Numbered from the whole stretch's first letter, positions 35,780 through 50,286 are shown. The stretch is 63,836 nucleotides of DNA, filler included, from Dicyema japonicum (GCA_011109175.1; 6 parts of 6 records of this genome joined end to end with filler, not necessarily neighbours in it); one strand, 5' to 3'. Made by a program: numbers and translations. Notes: generated by a model not told the origin, from the sequence alone.

Positions 35780-37622
35780 ATTTTGACTAGCATGCTCCTC
35801 TTAGAAAAAATTTATTATTCGTCAAATATTTGGAAACTGATACGGCTGGATTTTCTATTTTTTTCCGTAGTCAAATAATTTTTGGATGACAAGAAGATTC
35901 CATGTGAAAATTTGGTTTCTTGTGCCACAGATGGTCCAATGTCTATGGTTGGAAAATATAAAGGATTTGCGGCATATTTGAAAAAAATGTCCAAATGTGA
36001 TTCATATACATTGCGTTCTACAGACAACATCTGGTTTCAAATGCTCTTTCACCAATTCTACGTGAAACGTAAAACCATAAACAAAATTAAAGCAATTATG
36101 ATCGTCTTTTTTAAAAAATTTGCTATGAGGCTAAAGAAACATATGTCCGTCTTGTGTTCACACTGAGGCTATAGTTTCCAATTTTACTTTATCGGTACGA
36201 TGGCTATTAAAGGGAAATGCATTAGAACGATTTTCAATGTTATTTGACACAATCGTCTGAGAGTGATAAAATTTTATCAGATTTAATTGTATCGAAAAAA
36301 AAGAAATTGTTCATTTGACTTAGATTTTTGGAAAATTTAATGAAGTTTCACTAGAACTTCAGGGAAAGTATGTGACGTTAATAGATTGTAAAAAAATTAT
36401 TCAAATATTTATCGAAAAATTAAGTTGTATAAATATAACTTGGAAAAAAAAGAAATTATTACAACATTCCCGAATTCCACTCAATTGGTCAAATATTTGA
36501 TGATGAAGATATTAACACTTTTTGCAACATTTTTTTAAGTATAGAAAAAGATTTGATTCTCCGATTTTAAAATATTCTTGAATTAGAAATTTTATCTTGG
36601 ATGACTAATCCGTTTTTTCAAAGCCAGAAGAACAAAAAGAAAATGTTCAATNTTTTTAAGTATAGAAAAAGATTTGATTCTTCGATTTTAAAATATTCTT
36701 GAATTAGAAATTCCATCTTGGATGACTAATCCGTTTTTTCAAAGCCAGAAGAACAAAAAGAAAATGTTCAATGATTTACAGTCACCTGTTATTTTTTGGC
36801 AAAATATTAATTTAAATTAATTTTTTTTAATTTATTAATTTAATTTAAATTTTTGGCAAAATATGAAAGTGAAAGAGAGTTATCCAAAATTGTGGACAGA
36901 AATAGCACAATTGCTACTCTATTTTCCGACATCATACTGTGTTGAATGCGGATTTAGCATTCTACATCGAATTGTAAATAAAGAACGAAACAGATTGGAT
37001 GTGTCCATTAGAAGAGATATTCGTTCAAAAATAACACAAATAGAGCCAGATATCGAATCTTTGGTCAGAAACATCAGTTTGATTTTTAACAATGAATTCA
37101 TTAACTAATTTTTACTTAAAATTGTCTGTTCTNCAATCACCTGTTATTTTTTGGCAAAATATGAAAGTGAAGGAGAGTTATCCAAAATTGTGGACAGAAA
37201 TAGCACAATTGTTACTCTATTTTCCGACATCATACTGTATTGAATGCGGATTTAGCATTCTACATGGAATTGTAAATAAAGAACGAAACAGATTGGAAGT
37301 GTCCATTAGAGGAGATCTTTGTTTAAAAATAACACAAATAGAGCCAGATATCGAATCTTTTGTCAAAAAACATCAGTCACAGGGATCCCATTGGTATTTA
37401 ATTTTTTTATTATAGATTTATGCTAAGATAGCAACTTAACATCGAGTATATACTTTTTTTGTTTGATTTGATTATTAACAATAAATTCATTTCAGATAAT
37501 TAACTAATTTTACTTAGAATTGTCTGTTCTAAATAAAAAAGTTTTAAGGGGTCGAGTAAATATTAGGGGGGTTGAAAAAAAAGTCAAGGGGTCGACAAGT
37601 AAAAAAAGGTTGAGAACCCCTG
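35780..37622 (+). mobile_element. hAT Buster/SPIN-type transposon, decayed, 3' TIR intact
   Basis: CATDGPMSMVGKYKGF, GKCIRTIF, YPKLW...LLYFPTSYCVECGFS; ends GGTTGAGAACCCCTG followed by the 8-mer GTTTAGAC (central TA). Confidence 0.88.
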
Positions 37623-39049
37623 GTTTAGACAATCGTAGCTCAAAATCAGCATAGACTGAGTATAGTTCATAGTCAAGGTCTGACTCAAACCGAATTATGA
37701 CCATCAAACGAGGATGCTGTGAGAACCTCTTGGAAAAGATAGTTTCGTGTGTGTCTAGGAATTGAAGAAACAAAGATCTGAATTCTAGGTAGCGGTGTAA
37801 GTAAAGTAGTTGCTTAGAAAATCCTGATGAATAATTAACTGAATTTTTAAAGTTGCAATTATATCAAGGTCATTGATTAAAAAACATAGCTTTCATCAAG
37901 AGTCATGTATAGCTTCGCCCAGGCAAGATACACTTTACTAAAGTAAAGAACATTTACGATAACTAATATTAGAAAGGGAACCATGGAATGTTTTAATTTC
38001 TTTTTTGTTTGTTCTTTAGAATGCGACTGCCAATTTCCTGAAACAAATTCAATATCTGATCTTTTTCTAGTTAAATTAAATATTTATTTTTTTCTCTTAC
38101 TAATACAGTGCAATCCCGGCCCAATAAAACCACGGCTTGGGCACCCTCTATATATTGGAAACTTTTTTTATAAAGTTCATTTTATGATAGTTTAACTGTA
38201 TATTGAAATTATTATAATAAATATTGAGTAATAACTTGTTGTTGGTATACGAAAATTCCATATTCCAATTAATATTGATTCGAATTCCTGGTTAGGGTTA
38301 GGCTAGGGCTGTGGTTCAGATTAAGGTTAGTTTCGGGTTAGGCTAAAATTAGTTTCCCTGAAAATTTCACCAAAAATCGATTGCTGGATGAATTATCGTC
38401 TACAATTATTTTTTCGTTTATTTATACGATCATTCTTTCACCGCCTATGGTTAATTTTGCAGATAATACCGATTTATAATATCTTCTATCGTGAAAACTC
38501 CCTTTCTTTTAAAAAATAATAGATTTTCGACCCCGCCCCAATAGAAAAGTGCCCCAAATATAGAGGGTATATATAATTCTTACATTTTAAAACTATTATT
38601 TGTATTTTTAATAACAAAATATGTTGTTTCGATAAAAAAAGAGGATTTAATTTATTTTATGAAAAATAATCAGTTATTTTGAACCCAGTATTATACTTAT
38701 TTTTTAAAATCTTTGAAATTTTTATTCTGAATTCATAATATTCTTTGAGCCCTTCAGGAAGTATTGAATAAAGAAGTTTCGAGGTTATTCAATTCTTATT
38801 GAAGCTTTTAAACATTACCCTTCAATGTCATCAATTTCATTATACAAAGTCCCATTACCTTCAATTCAGTTTATTTAAAGTTCCATTAACCCTGAAACAT
38901 GTTTATCAATTAATTCAGATGCTTTTTTGAATTAATTTCACGAACACATGTTCTTTGTTCGTTTATTTTCATCCAACAATTGACAATCGTTGTTGTTGTT
39001 ACTCGACTACAAGATTCTCNGAATTAAAGCAGAGGTGAAAGTTGCATTG

Positions 39050-41295
39050 GTAATCACGGAAGGGGTTATCGAAATTCTTCTGGAAATTCTATGATCGACT
39101 TTTGTAATACCCACGATTTGTTTCTGTGCAACATGGCCTTTCAGCACGCCGCCAGACACAAGACCACCTGGGTTGGTTGTAGAACAAACAAAAATGGAGA
39201 GGAATAAAAAATATTTAATCAAATAGATTGTATTTTGTGCAAGCAGTCGCACAAGAGATTATTAGTGGACTCTCGTTTGTAATGAAGTGTTATATGCGAA
39301 TCATGCACGTCGCAGAAAAACACAGATGATAGCGGGAGAAGAATTAGTAAATAATCCTGCACTCCTTATGAGATACCATCAGTGAATGGACCAGTATCTT
39401 TCCAATATTTCTATGGATGGCCTACCCCACATCGTGTGGAAAAGAATTTCTGAAGCCATAATGACGGCTGCCGGAGAAACAGTTGGGATTCGTGAAAATA
39501 TTATGAAAGGAAAATATAAAGGAGCACATAGCTAGACAGTCAATGAATCGTCTATCCGTCAACGAGATATTGTGATTCTGAACGAATATCCGAATTAAAA
39601 AAATTGCGGAATACAATCCAATACGAAATTAAGAAGAATGTGCTCCGATCATGGTCGGACTTTTTGGACCAACGAGTATCGGAAGTGGAAAGATTACATT
39701 CTGGTGCAAAAATGTTTATGGCTGTGCGTTTACTCAAGCGCGGGTCCGCTAAAACCAATTTAAAAATTCAAGATGAGTTCGCTCATTTTGTATTGGACGC
39801 TAACCGTTCTGCTGTACTTATAGCCCAACAATTTAGCAAGCAGTTCATTCGAGAAGATACTTTACCCCTCACACAATTCGAAGGACAGCCTCGCTCACTT
39901 AATAATGTGTTTACGGATTCTGAGATTCGCGGAGCACTCCTTCGCCTGAATAACAACAGAGCAGCTGGCTATGACAATATTTGTGGAGAGTTGTTAAAAT
40001 ATGCACCAACCCAGCTAGCAGAAAAGATAACTTTTATATTCAACGAGATATTCAGGACTCATTGTTCAATTGACATCGCGATGGGAGTTCTACTTTACAA
40101 AAACCTGGCAAACCTGCAGGTTTTCAGGTCGATTGAAAATCTCATCCGATCGTATTTTTGACCACTTTGCCAATAACATTGTCGACCATAACATTGAATC
40201 GAATATCAAATTCAGTTGACCAATACTTGTCACCAAAGCGGATTCAGACCAGAAAGATCAGATGCTGATATAGTATGGAGTCATCGGTGGCTTACGGCAA
40301 TATGTTTGAGTTACAGAAAAACAATGTATATTCTGGGAGTCGACTTATCGAAAGCATTCGACTGTGTCTGCCGAGATAAACTATTGCAAGTTTTCAAAGA
40401 CATAATTGATGATTGTGCGTTTTTTTGCTGGCTGACACGTGCCTCATGGTGAAAGTGGGGAAGGGCTATTCAGAAAAATTCACGACCGTGATTAGTACTC
40501 CGAAGAGGACTCGCTTTCGCCAGTTCTCTTTGCAATCTATTTGGAATCTGCGTTGAGAGACGTTAGAAAAGAATTGGGTCACTTAAATAATCATTTTATG
40601 GAATTAATAGATGCTGATGACATCGATTTTGTATCTGAGGATGTAAAGGTACTAAGAACTGTAGTAGATAAAGCCACAACAGTTCTGGAGAAGTGGTCTT
40701 TGAAGATCAATTCAGAAAAAACGGAGTAAACTTAGATTCAGCAGTTACCGACACGGATTGATGAGAAATGGAGGTTTAAAAGGTTTACTAAAAGGCTCGG
40801 TCGTTTTTGGGTGAAGCTGAGGACATTGTTCGCAGAAAGATGTTGGCATTGTGTGCACTGAAAAAGATGTGGAGTATTTGGACTCGCAGAAAACTTATCT
40901 CCTTAAGTCTTGGGATGCGCTTATATAACGCGTTCAACTCGGGTACATGGGGAACATCAAAAACGAACCTTGACATACTCTCTACAAATAATGTAAATGC
41001 AAACTGATAAGCAGAGAAGTAATTACCTCACGCTGGCGACTTTTCGGACATGTTCTGAGAATGGACGAAGTGATTCCTTGCAATCATGGAAGATTACTAT
41101 CCATAGAATTGGATTTCGGGGTCGGCCAAGATGTACGCTCCCTCTCTGCCTGAATAACGATTACGCACGAATTGGCGGTCAACTCAAAACTGGAGACGAT
41201 CTTGAGGATATTCGTAAACGCGCGAGGAACAGAGATAGATGGAGAGGGCTGACTAGGAGGATAGTCGAGTGTACGGCACGAGCGAAACCCTAGGC
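39050..41295 (+). mobile_element. RTE-clade LINE, near-complete but decayed (APE C-terminus plus RT)
   Basis: IDFCNTHDLFLCN.AFQH..RHKTTW...NQIDCIL, RAAGYDNI.GELLKY, QSGFRPERS, VDLSKAFD, DADDIDF, GRPRCTLP...DL, RDRWR. Confidence 0.9.
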
Positions 41296-42044
41296 ATTTT
41301 ACGTGCTTATGACAACGCGGCATTTTCCCCTACCCGTTAGAGGGAAAATTCAGGAACGTGCGTACACACGANGCACGAATTGGCGGTCAACTCTAAACTG
41401 GAGACGATCTTGAAGATATTCGTAAACGCACGAGGAACAGAGCTAGATGAAGAGGGATGTCTGGGAGGATAGTCGAGTGTACGGCACGAGCGAAACCCTA
41501 GGCATTTTACGTGCTTATGACAACGCGGCATTTTCCCCTACCCGTTAGGGGGAAAATTCAGGAACGTGCGTACACACGACCTCATATTTGTATAAGAGAA
41601 AATTTCTAAACATGCTAGCATAAGACGATAATGTTAAATTCCTGTTTATTCCTCCTAAAATTTTAATTAAAATTAAAGAAACGCTTTTCTATACTTCGAG
41701 CTGCTGATACATTCAGGTCTTGTCACTCCAGCATGGATTTTATATTGTCGTACTCTTTAGTAGATTTTATACCAACTTTATTAGGCATCAGGACAACGTG
41801 ATTAGTGGGTTAGTTTTTTTTGATTTTATTGTCTAAAATTATGTTATGCCAACAAAAATTGGTGTAAATTTTTTTATAATAATTACCTAAGATTATTCCA
41901 AAACTAAAGTATTGATTAATTTTGCAATAAACATGACAGATGTTGGCACCTGTCAAATCACCTCAGCGCTCGCGACATAATATACTTGTTTTTGTAGCAT
42001 TGTCACGTAGTGATTAATTAGAGAATTAAACGAAAAATAGCTAT

Positions 42045-45000
42045 TTCACGTTGCACGTTGTGGTGCCAAGAAGAAAAAAAGAAAAGAAAAATACAGAAAC
42101 CTAATCAGGCTATGTCTGACTCTGCTCACTGCCCTGCTATGGATCAAGCTACACTTAAAGAATTACTACTTTTACCAGCGAGGTCAAAAGAGCTGTGCGA
42201 GTCTTGCGGATATTGCAACGCGAGGAAGTACGGTTTGAATTGTACATCTTGCAGAAGATATTTCCACCTCGATTGTGTCCGAATGTCGNTACTACTTTTA
42301 CCAAAGAGGTCAAAAGAGCTGTGCGAGTTTTGCGGATATCGCAACGCGAGGAAGTACGGTTTGAATTGTACATCTTTCAGAAGATATTTCCACCTCGGGT
42401 GTGTCCAAATGACGAAATTAGCTGCGAGATCTCTTTACAAATGGGACTGCGCATACTGTATGGATTCCGACCTCGCTCAGTGCAGCCATCCGACTGAATT
42501 CAGTCATCCCTCTTACTCTTATTCTGGACAAATCGAACCATTTTTGTTACGCCTATCGGAGAGTCGGAAAAGTGGACGGATTCTACTGAGAGTACCAAAG
42601 GCCGCTCGAATTCCCGATGCTGAATGCCTCACGTCATTAATTGCCATCAGCACCAGCGACCAGGCCTCTTGGATACGTCTACTGAGCTTTGCACCTATGA
42701 CCCTTGGAATTTCTGTTTCAGAGCAAGCTCGCAATGCCTTAAAAATCAATAAGAATACTTCTGCCTTTTTGGCCACTTCAACGCAGCAAGACTCTGGAAT
42801 CGAGCCTGAGCAAGTATTTTGATGCAAACAGTTGTCTACAGAAGCTGGGAGTAAACAGGAAGATTCTAAAGCATTTCGAGAGACGGTGAACCGAAAACTG
42901 ATGGTAGGGAACGTTCGCGCAGCTGTGAGAGCCATGCCGTGAAGTCTTGGAGTTATTGAGAAGGAAGCACCCTGCTCCACCACCGAACCAGCGGAACTTG
43001 ACAATACCAGAAGTGCGTGGAATAAAGTCTTTTGCACCCAGTAGCTGCGGAGGCCTGGACGGACTGCGCTCAAGCATATAAAGGACATAACCTCTGAAGC
43101 TACTGCTGAAGCCCGCCGTCTCTTATTATCGTCTATCACCTTGCTGTTCACTCGAAGTTAATGGTGATATTCCAAAATTTGTTAGAGATCTTCTTTTTGT
43201 GGACATCTATTGACATTCCGAAAAGGAGATGATGGTGTATGCCCAATTGCGATCGGTACATACTTTCGAAGGCTTGCTGCTAAAATCGCTGCCCGGAGAG
43301 TTTTCCACAATGTTGCTGAAGACTCAATTTGTGGTGGGAGTGACCGGCGGTTGCGAGGCAGCAGTCCATGCCGCGAGGAGTTACTTCAACAACAATAATA
43401 CCCAGACCCAAAGGCTAGGCCTGAAGCTTGACATATCAAGTGCCTTTAACATGCTGAAGAGAGCCTGTATTTTGGAAATCTGTTGTAAGAAAGCTCCAGA
43501 GAATGGCCGACTTGTACACTTATCGTATGGGACGGACTCAGCCTTAGTTTACGGAAACGATATCGTTTATTCACGCTCAGGCGATCAGCAAGGAGACCCT
43601 CTAGGGCCTTGGCTTTTTGCAATTACAATTGACACGAAGCATAAACTGTAAACTTAACCTGTGGTACTTGGACGACGCCACAATAGCTGGCCCATGAGAG
43701 GACGTATATCAAGATATTTCTTTAACCATTCCAGCTCTAAACGAATTGAGTTTTAGTGTCAACGTTATGAAATCAGAACTGATCAATATTTCCTGCTCAT
43801 CTCCAAACTTTTCTACTGCCTGCCAAGAATTCAGATCCTTACTTCCAGGTTTCAGCATATCTTCTTTGGACTAGGTAAACTTCCTTGGCTGCCATCTCAA
43901 AAACGACGAGCTGGAAAAATGCCTTATCAGTAAGAATAATGAAGTTGAAGCCTTTTCAAAGAGAGTATCATCTTTGGATCCACATGTGTCTTACTTTTTG
44001 CTCAGAAATGTATTTCCGTGTCGAAAATGATGTACATTTTGAGATGTTAACCATGTTTTGAACACCGGAACGCACTATTGTCGGCTGATGGGACTTTGAG
44101 ACGATCAGCGGAGTCAATACTGAATGTCAAATTCGATAATCTGGGCTGGACTATGTGCAAACAACTTGCAAGAAATGGAGGCATTGGGTTGAGATCCCCC
44201 CTTGAAGCCGCCTTGCCTGCCTACTTTTCATCCCTTGCGAGCTGCAGTCGCTTGGCCCAAGCAGTCCTACGTAACGCAACCGGACATACCTTGGACTCGG
44301 AGCTTGACAGAGTTTGCAAGTTGTGGGGTGAGTTGGACTTGGAATTCCCGTCGAACTTCGCTTGCCAGAAGAGTTGGGACTCAATTGCATGTATGAGCAC
44401 TCTGGAGGCCGCGAAGAAAAGCGCCAACCAACACCGACTAGCAAGCATTAAGTCGGCCGCACATCGCGGAAATGGAGTCTGGGTCGAGGCCCTACCGTGC
44501 CCACATCTGGGGACCCTCCTTGACGAAAACAGCCTGAGGATCGGGGTGGCACTGCGCCTAGGACTGGACATATGCCAGAGACACAAATGCCGTTGCGGCG
44601 GGGACGTTGATACGAAAGGTTACATCTACTCTCTTGCCGACGGAGTGCTGGTCGAGCCCCGCGCCACGCAGTCCTCAATGTCATCATTTTTCGAGCCCTC
44701 AAGGCTGCAGGATTTCCGGCCCAATTTGAACTATTGGGCATAGATAGAGGCCACGGGAAGAGGCAGAATGGAATGACGTTATTCCCATACTCCCACGGAA
44801 AATCACTCGTCAGGACGCAATGTGTGTAGACACCTTCTCAGGAGCCAGATTGCTGACGGCGACGCACTCTCCTGAAGACGCAGCCGATCAGGCGGTGGTC
44901 AAGAAAATCCATAAGTACGAATCCCTCGGAGACCATTACCACTTCGCCCTTAATGCTGTGGAGACAACTGGAACTGTCGGCGCGAAGACGGAGGCCTTTA

Positions 45001-45125
45001 TGTACAGCATTGGAAGCAAATTCGCCTCAAAAAGGTGCGAGCCGCGGGAGGGACTCTGGTTGAATCAGAGGCTCGAAATGGCGATTATCAGAGGTAACGC
45101 CTTCGCCATTCTGTCGTCCTAATAA
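42045..45125 (+). mobile_element. Near full-length CRE-type RLE retrotransposon: PHD finger, RT, zinc knuckle, RLE (multiple frameshifts)
   Basis: PHD C4HC3 at 42322-42459; RT motifs PIAIG..FRRL, QFVVG..GGCEA, LDISSAFN, QQGDPLGP, WYLDD; C.RH.CRCG; CVDTF; GLWLNQRLEMAIIRGNA. Confidence 0.92.
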
Positions 45126-45715
45126 TTGCCTAATTTCATTATTTAAAAATAATTGTTCGGACATTAAAAAAACGAAAAATTATAAACGTAATTGATAGTT
45201 TTAATTTATAGAGTCTCATCGTGATAACATCAAGGTAAACAATAATAAAATTAGATGCCATCTAATGCTTTAATTTCTCAAAGAGAGTCCAATATAATTT
45301 ATATAAACTTCAGTAAAAACACGTAGACTGAAGCCAACAATTGCTAAAGAATTTACATTTTTGTCAATTCTGTCTATCACGTCAAAGATAAAACTCTTTT
45401 AGACACAGAAATCGTCAGCTCATCACCGAGTGGGACAACAGAGATATCCTTGTAAAGAAACAACAATATATTTGACTTCAATACTTAAACACTGAAGACA
45501 AGCACATCATTCGCCATCTTGAGAGGGAATAGCCACGCAGTCAGTGTAGCCTTTATATTACCATTTTCTCTCTTTTCTTTTTCTAATAAAATTAATAATT
45601 TTAGTAAACTTGACCATTAGGGCAATTTGAAATTTAGGTTATTATTAAGTTTAACGAAATTTGATAGAAAGTTTAAATTACTTTTCATTTTCCATATTAA
45701 AAATTTATTCTTTTA

Positions 45716-46252
45716 TTAAAAATGCCATCCATCCAAAGTGGACCTCGCCGACATTATCGACGTTGCGTTGCTTTTCACGATTGCAACAGAGATCAACTGG
45801 AGTAGCCACCGACTCTCACGTGCGTCGTGGATTATTAGTGTAGCTAAGCGTCCAAGTTGCTTTAGGAAGCGAAGAGATTTTCCGCTTATTCCTCCAGTTG
45901 TCTTGACCACTATCGGATAAATTGCTTCGTATTTTTTCTCCTTTGCCCTCATCGTTTTTTACGCGGAACACTATTTGTCTACCGCGATACCGACAATGTT
46001 GGATAGGCAAAACGTGTCGACACAAGTAGCGTCCCAGACCAAAAGTTTTCCCTCTTCGAATGGGAAAATTGTGATTCCGTCGAGACGTTTTCCGTTTTCT
46101 CTGTCCAGACCAACTGGTTCTAGTATGGCTAAGTATCCTGCAGACTCTAGGGCTCGCTTGACAATTCCGTTGATCGCTTTGTGTCTTGGTAATCGTCCTG
46201 CACTTCTTCGACAAGAGAGGGCATTTTCCATATATTTTGGTTGAGACAGCAA
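45716..46252 (-). mobile_element. CRE-type 3' fragment (different subfamily), tail-to-tail with the long copy
   Basis: LSCRRSAGRLPRHKAINGIVKRAL..AG..AILEPVGLDRENGKRLDG.TIFPF..GKLLVWDATCVDT, ...LISVAIVKSNA. Confidence 0.9.
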
Positions 46253-46669
46253 AAGACAGAAATCTTAATAGAAAATATTGAACTATTCATCTATTACAAT
46301 CTCTCAACAGCCGAGAACAGTGACTGTGTGGACATAACTATAGAACTACACATAAATAAAGTGAAACTATTAATACTAAAAAAACAGGGCAATTTGTGAT
46401 CATTTTGTAAAAAAATTGCAAAAAATATAAATCGGTATTTTAACACGTTTAAAAGTATTCACAAACAAAGTCTCTTAAATCTATCTGGAAATGCTCTCCA
46501 AAGTTACTTATACGCACTGGTTTAGTCGGATTTGGTTCACCAAAATAAACCAATAAATTAAATATTAATAAATTGCTTTCTTTACTAATAAATTAAATCT
46601 TTGTGTAAAGGAATTAAAAATAATCCACGTCTATTTTAACAAGACTAAGAGAAACAACGTTAACCTTTT

Positions 46670-46860
46670 CCGTGTGATGCCTAGGGTTACATTACCAGTC
46701 TTCCAGAAGGACCTCAATAACGTAAAGTTAAAACTGAATTCCGCTGACGATCAGAATTCTTATAGAGTTCTATTTAATGATAGAGGTGTGTGGAAGAGAT
46801 TGACATCTGAAATTGTTTCTTTTTCGACACATGAAAGCCATACACAAAATGTGTGACATC
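46670..46860 (+). mobile_element. RTE-type 3' fragment
   Basis: PRVTLPVFQKDL...DRGVWKRL. Confidence 0.55.
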
Positions 46861-47634
46861 TCCAGGAGTATTTTTTTATTAAAATAAAAAAAATTTTCTC
46901 CTGTTAATATCCGTTGCAATCGTAAAAGGCAATGCAACGTCGATTATGTTAGTGGAGACCACTTGTTCTAATTTTGATTGATGAATAAACTTTTTCAAAT
47001 TGCAAAAACTCTAACTATTTAATCATGCTTTTAATTTAAATTGTCTTATTTTTAATGTTCATAAATTAAAAATTGTTAAAAGAAAAGGGTCACCGTAGAT
47101 CCATGTGAAAGTGATGGCTTCGAGAGCGTATCTCAATAACTATTGTGAGAAGAAACAGCATCATTCAAGCTCCATAGATTAAGTGCACTTTCAACATTTA
47201 TAATTAGAATGATTTAAAAGGGTCACCGTGGATCCATGTGAAAGTGATGGCTTCGAGTGCGTATCTCAATAAATACTGCCAGAGGAAACAGCATCATTCA
47301 AGCTCCATAGATTAAGTGCACTTTCAACATTTATAATTAGAATGATTTTCATAGTGGTTGGAAATAAATCCTATGTGGATGCAACATCAAACCCGTAATG
47401 TGGACAATCAGATTAAATATATAATAATCATACATTCTCGTAATAGAATATTAGATAATTTTCGTTGTTTGAGACAGCACACTTACAGCTCCATCAGTGA
47501 TAATATTTCAATTTTGGTTATAAAATGAAATCATTATATAATATTTATTTAGTGGCCGGGAAAAGATGATAATATTCTGAGAGAAGCAAGATCACCTTTC
47601 CTTTTAATTAGTTTACCTGGTGATTTTGGCCCTG

Positions 47635-47800
47635 ACTGCGCAGCTATTACCTCTCAGGATAGCGAGCGAGTTTCGCTCAAATAACTAGTAGCGCTCACAG
47701 AGATCTCCTGATCGTGTAAAAATCCGATTCCCTGAACGACACAAGAATTCCAGCGTCGCAGGCACAAGGGAACTTGACGTCTCAACAGCGAGTGGAACAA
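47635..47800 (-). mobile_element. CRE-type 3' fragment
   Basis: FVPLAVETSS..PATLEFL...SLAILRGNS; similar fragments at 58670-58860, 59480-59620 and 62820-62950. Confidence 0.65.
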
Positions 47801-48999
47801 ACAAAAAAAAGTTGACTTAAAAATGAAAACTTAATTTAAATTTTATTTGTTAAAACAGAAATTAGATAATATTTTACATTTCCGGGTAGGAAATTTCTAT
47901 CGTTAAAATTTTGTGACCTCTCCACTTTACAGGATGTTGCTAGCAATTCAATTAAAATGATCAAACTGAGAAATTACTATTTTAGTTATTTTTGAAAAAA
48001 AAAACAATTTATTACGAAACAAGATAATCAAAGTAATTTTTTGGATATTTATTAACAATTAAAGAAATTTTTAGAATCGGAAATTTTCGACGTTACAACA
48101 ACGATAAACGACAATTATTTTCACGTTTCATTAAAAAAATTATTCCAAAGACCAAGGGTAACTAAACTAACTAACACCTTGATCCTGACTCGTTCCAGAA
48201 CTTGTCTCCAGATAACGACATTGTGTGAGAGAGAGCATTTCTGTTTCCTAATGAAGACCACAGACGTTAGATGTTTCACTTGATTGCAGGAACTGATATG
48301 TTTTACCTTATTTCTGTCTATCTCGGTAATCCAGGATATAAATAAATAAGTCTAAATAAATGTTGTCCAAAAAATTAAATAAATTGAAATATTTGAATTC
48401 ACGTCCTGAGAAAGACCCATCTCTTCAAGATTCAAGTTTATATAAAATATCGGATGTAGCACAGAAAGAGATTTTTGCCATTTCTGTATCAAATTAAATA
48501 AATTGAAATATTTGAATTCACATCCTGAGAAAGACCCATCTCTTCAAGATTCAAGTTTATATAAAATTTCGGATGTAGCACAGACAGAGATTTTTGCCAT
48601 TTCTGTATCACTATCTGAAATCTAATTTTTGTATTATTTTCTCTTTTATGCGATTTTAAATCTTTTGAGATTTTATCCCTACTATACAAATTTATAAACT
48701 ACCATATTTTGAGATATCTGATATTCATTAAGTGATCCAAATGATATTTGGACTAAATTTATGAATTCTGATTTTAGCGATTTAAATCCACGTAAGCCTA
48801 TTTGAGATAAAAATGTTCAGTGTATAAAAAAGAATCTTTTGAATGTCAACTATCATCACGATAGTGGGATATTTCTTATCTTCTTTTTTAAGTTTATAAA
48901 ATCAACCATAAATTTATTAAATGTGAACATAGATGAACGTATTTGGCTTTGGGTTCGTAGTGACCACATTATTTTGGAAGAATTTCAATTACGCACGCG

Positions 49000-49500
49000 A
49001 TGTTGGTCCTATGGCATGCTTTCAGAATCATTTACATAGAAGAAATCATAGATAGAAATTTCTTTGTGATCCCGAAAATCAACAGGATTGTAAACCTTCT
49101 ATATGGTAAGCCCAGCACATTATTTTTCGGGCAACATTCCTTCATGTTTATGACTGGGGTAAAAGGTGACCCCCTCCGCCCCTACCCTTCGCATTCATAT
49201 GTACTTTATTTCATCATCTTTCAAAGATTTGATCAATTTGTGGTATCTGTACTATGTCATCATCGGATAGAACTGGGAAACTGTGGTGGCAGACGCTTCA
49301 ATCAAACAAACCTCATCCCAAATATTTCAATCACCGAAACTACAACTGTGATTTGTACCGCTTTCTGATATATAACAAAAATAATATTTTAAGACAACTC
49401 CATCCCAAATCAAAACCACGGGAATTATCTTAACCTGACATAGGGATTCGAGAGCTCTCCTGCAGCAACCATCATCTAGTGACAATTCTCAACTGGTCTG
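49000..49500 (-). mobile_element. LINE RT thumb-region relic
   Basis: KYLG*GLFD motif and flanking decayed frames. Confidence 0.4.
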
Positions 49501-50286
49501 AGTAGATCCTGTGAAGTAATAGACATCGATTTGAGTTATCCTATTTTTAATTTATAAAACAAAAAATTATTGTTCAGACTTCTGAGCAACAACATCCCCC
49601 TACAGCCATACCCTCAAGAGTTCTTTTTATTTCAGTGGTAGGAATATATGCCTATCAAGTGCCATCCACTATGAGGCAAACCCGTATATTCTTCACATTT
49701 ATTAGATTTGGGAGTGTACTTTGTCGTAAAAAAGTCGACTGATTCGATGAAACGGCCATCTTTTTGTTCTTGTGCAAATCGGCATAGAAGGGTATCCGGC
49801 AGCGACTGATTCCAATAGTTAGCGTTATCACCTATTTAGTTCGTTAGTAGCACCTTTTCTGACTGATTCCGGCATAGAAAAGTGTCCGGCAGCAACTGAT
49901 TCCGAATAGAAGAGACGACGTACAGACTCTTAGCAGAAACTCGACATTCCTGTTGTCCTTCTTCTCCTCGTATATTGAACATCAGATTTTTAAGAACTCA
50001 TAAATCTCTCTGGTTATTAGATTTGTGATTTTACTTTTGTCGTAAAAAGTATGAATTTAGAATTATNGAATAGAAGAGACGACGTACAGACTCTTAGCAG
50101 AAATTTGACATTCCTGTTGTCCTTCCTCTTTTCGCATAATGAACATCAGATTTTTAAGAACTCATAAATCTCTCTGGTTATTAGATTTGTGATTTTACTT
50201 TTGTCGTAAAAAGTATGAATTTAGAATTATATGACAAATTTTTTTTATAATAAAAATTTATTAACAATAAAAAATTATTTATTAAA

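Noticed and set aside
42196-42320. Apparent tandem double PHD finger
   Set aside because: The two copies are nearly identical and meet at a single N (42289), the signature of an overlap or negative-gap artefact.
42519-43151. 210-aa minus-strand ORF (also 44221-44741 and 12035-12352 antisense ORFs)
   Set aside because: Antisense shadows of retrotransposon coding sequence with no independent motifs.
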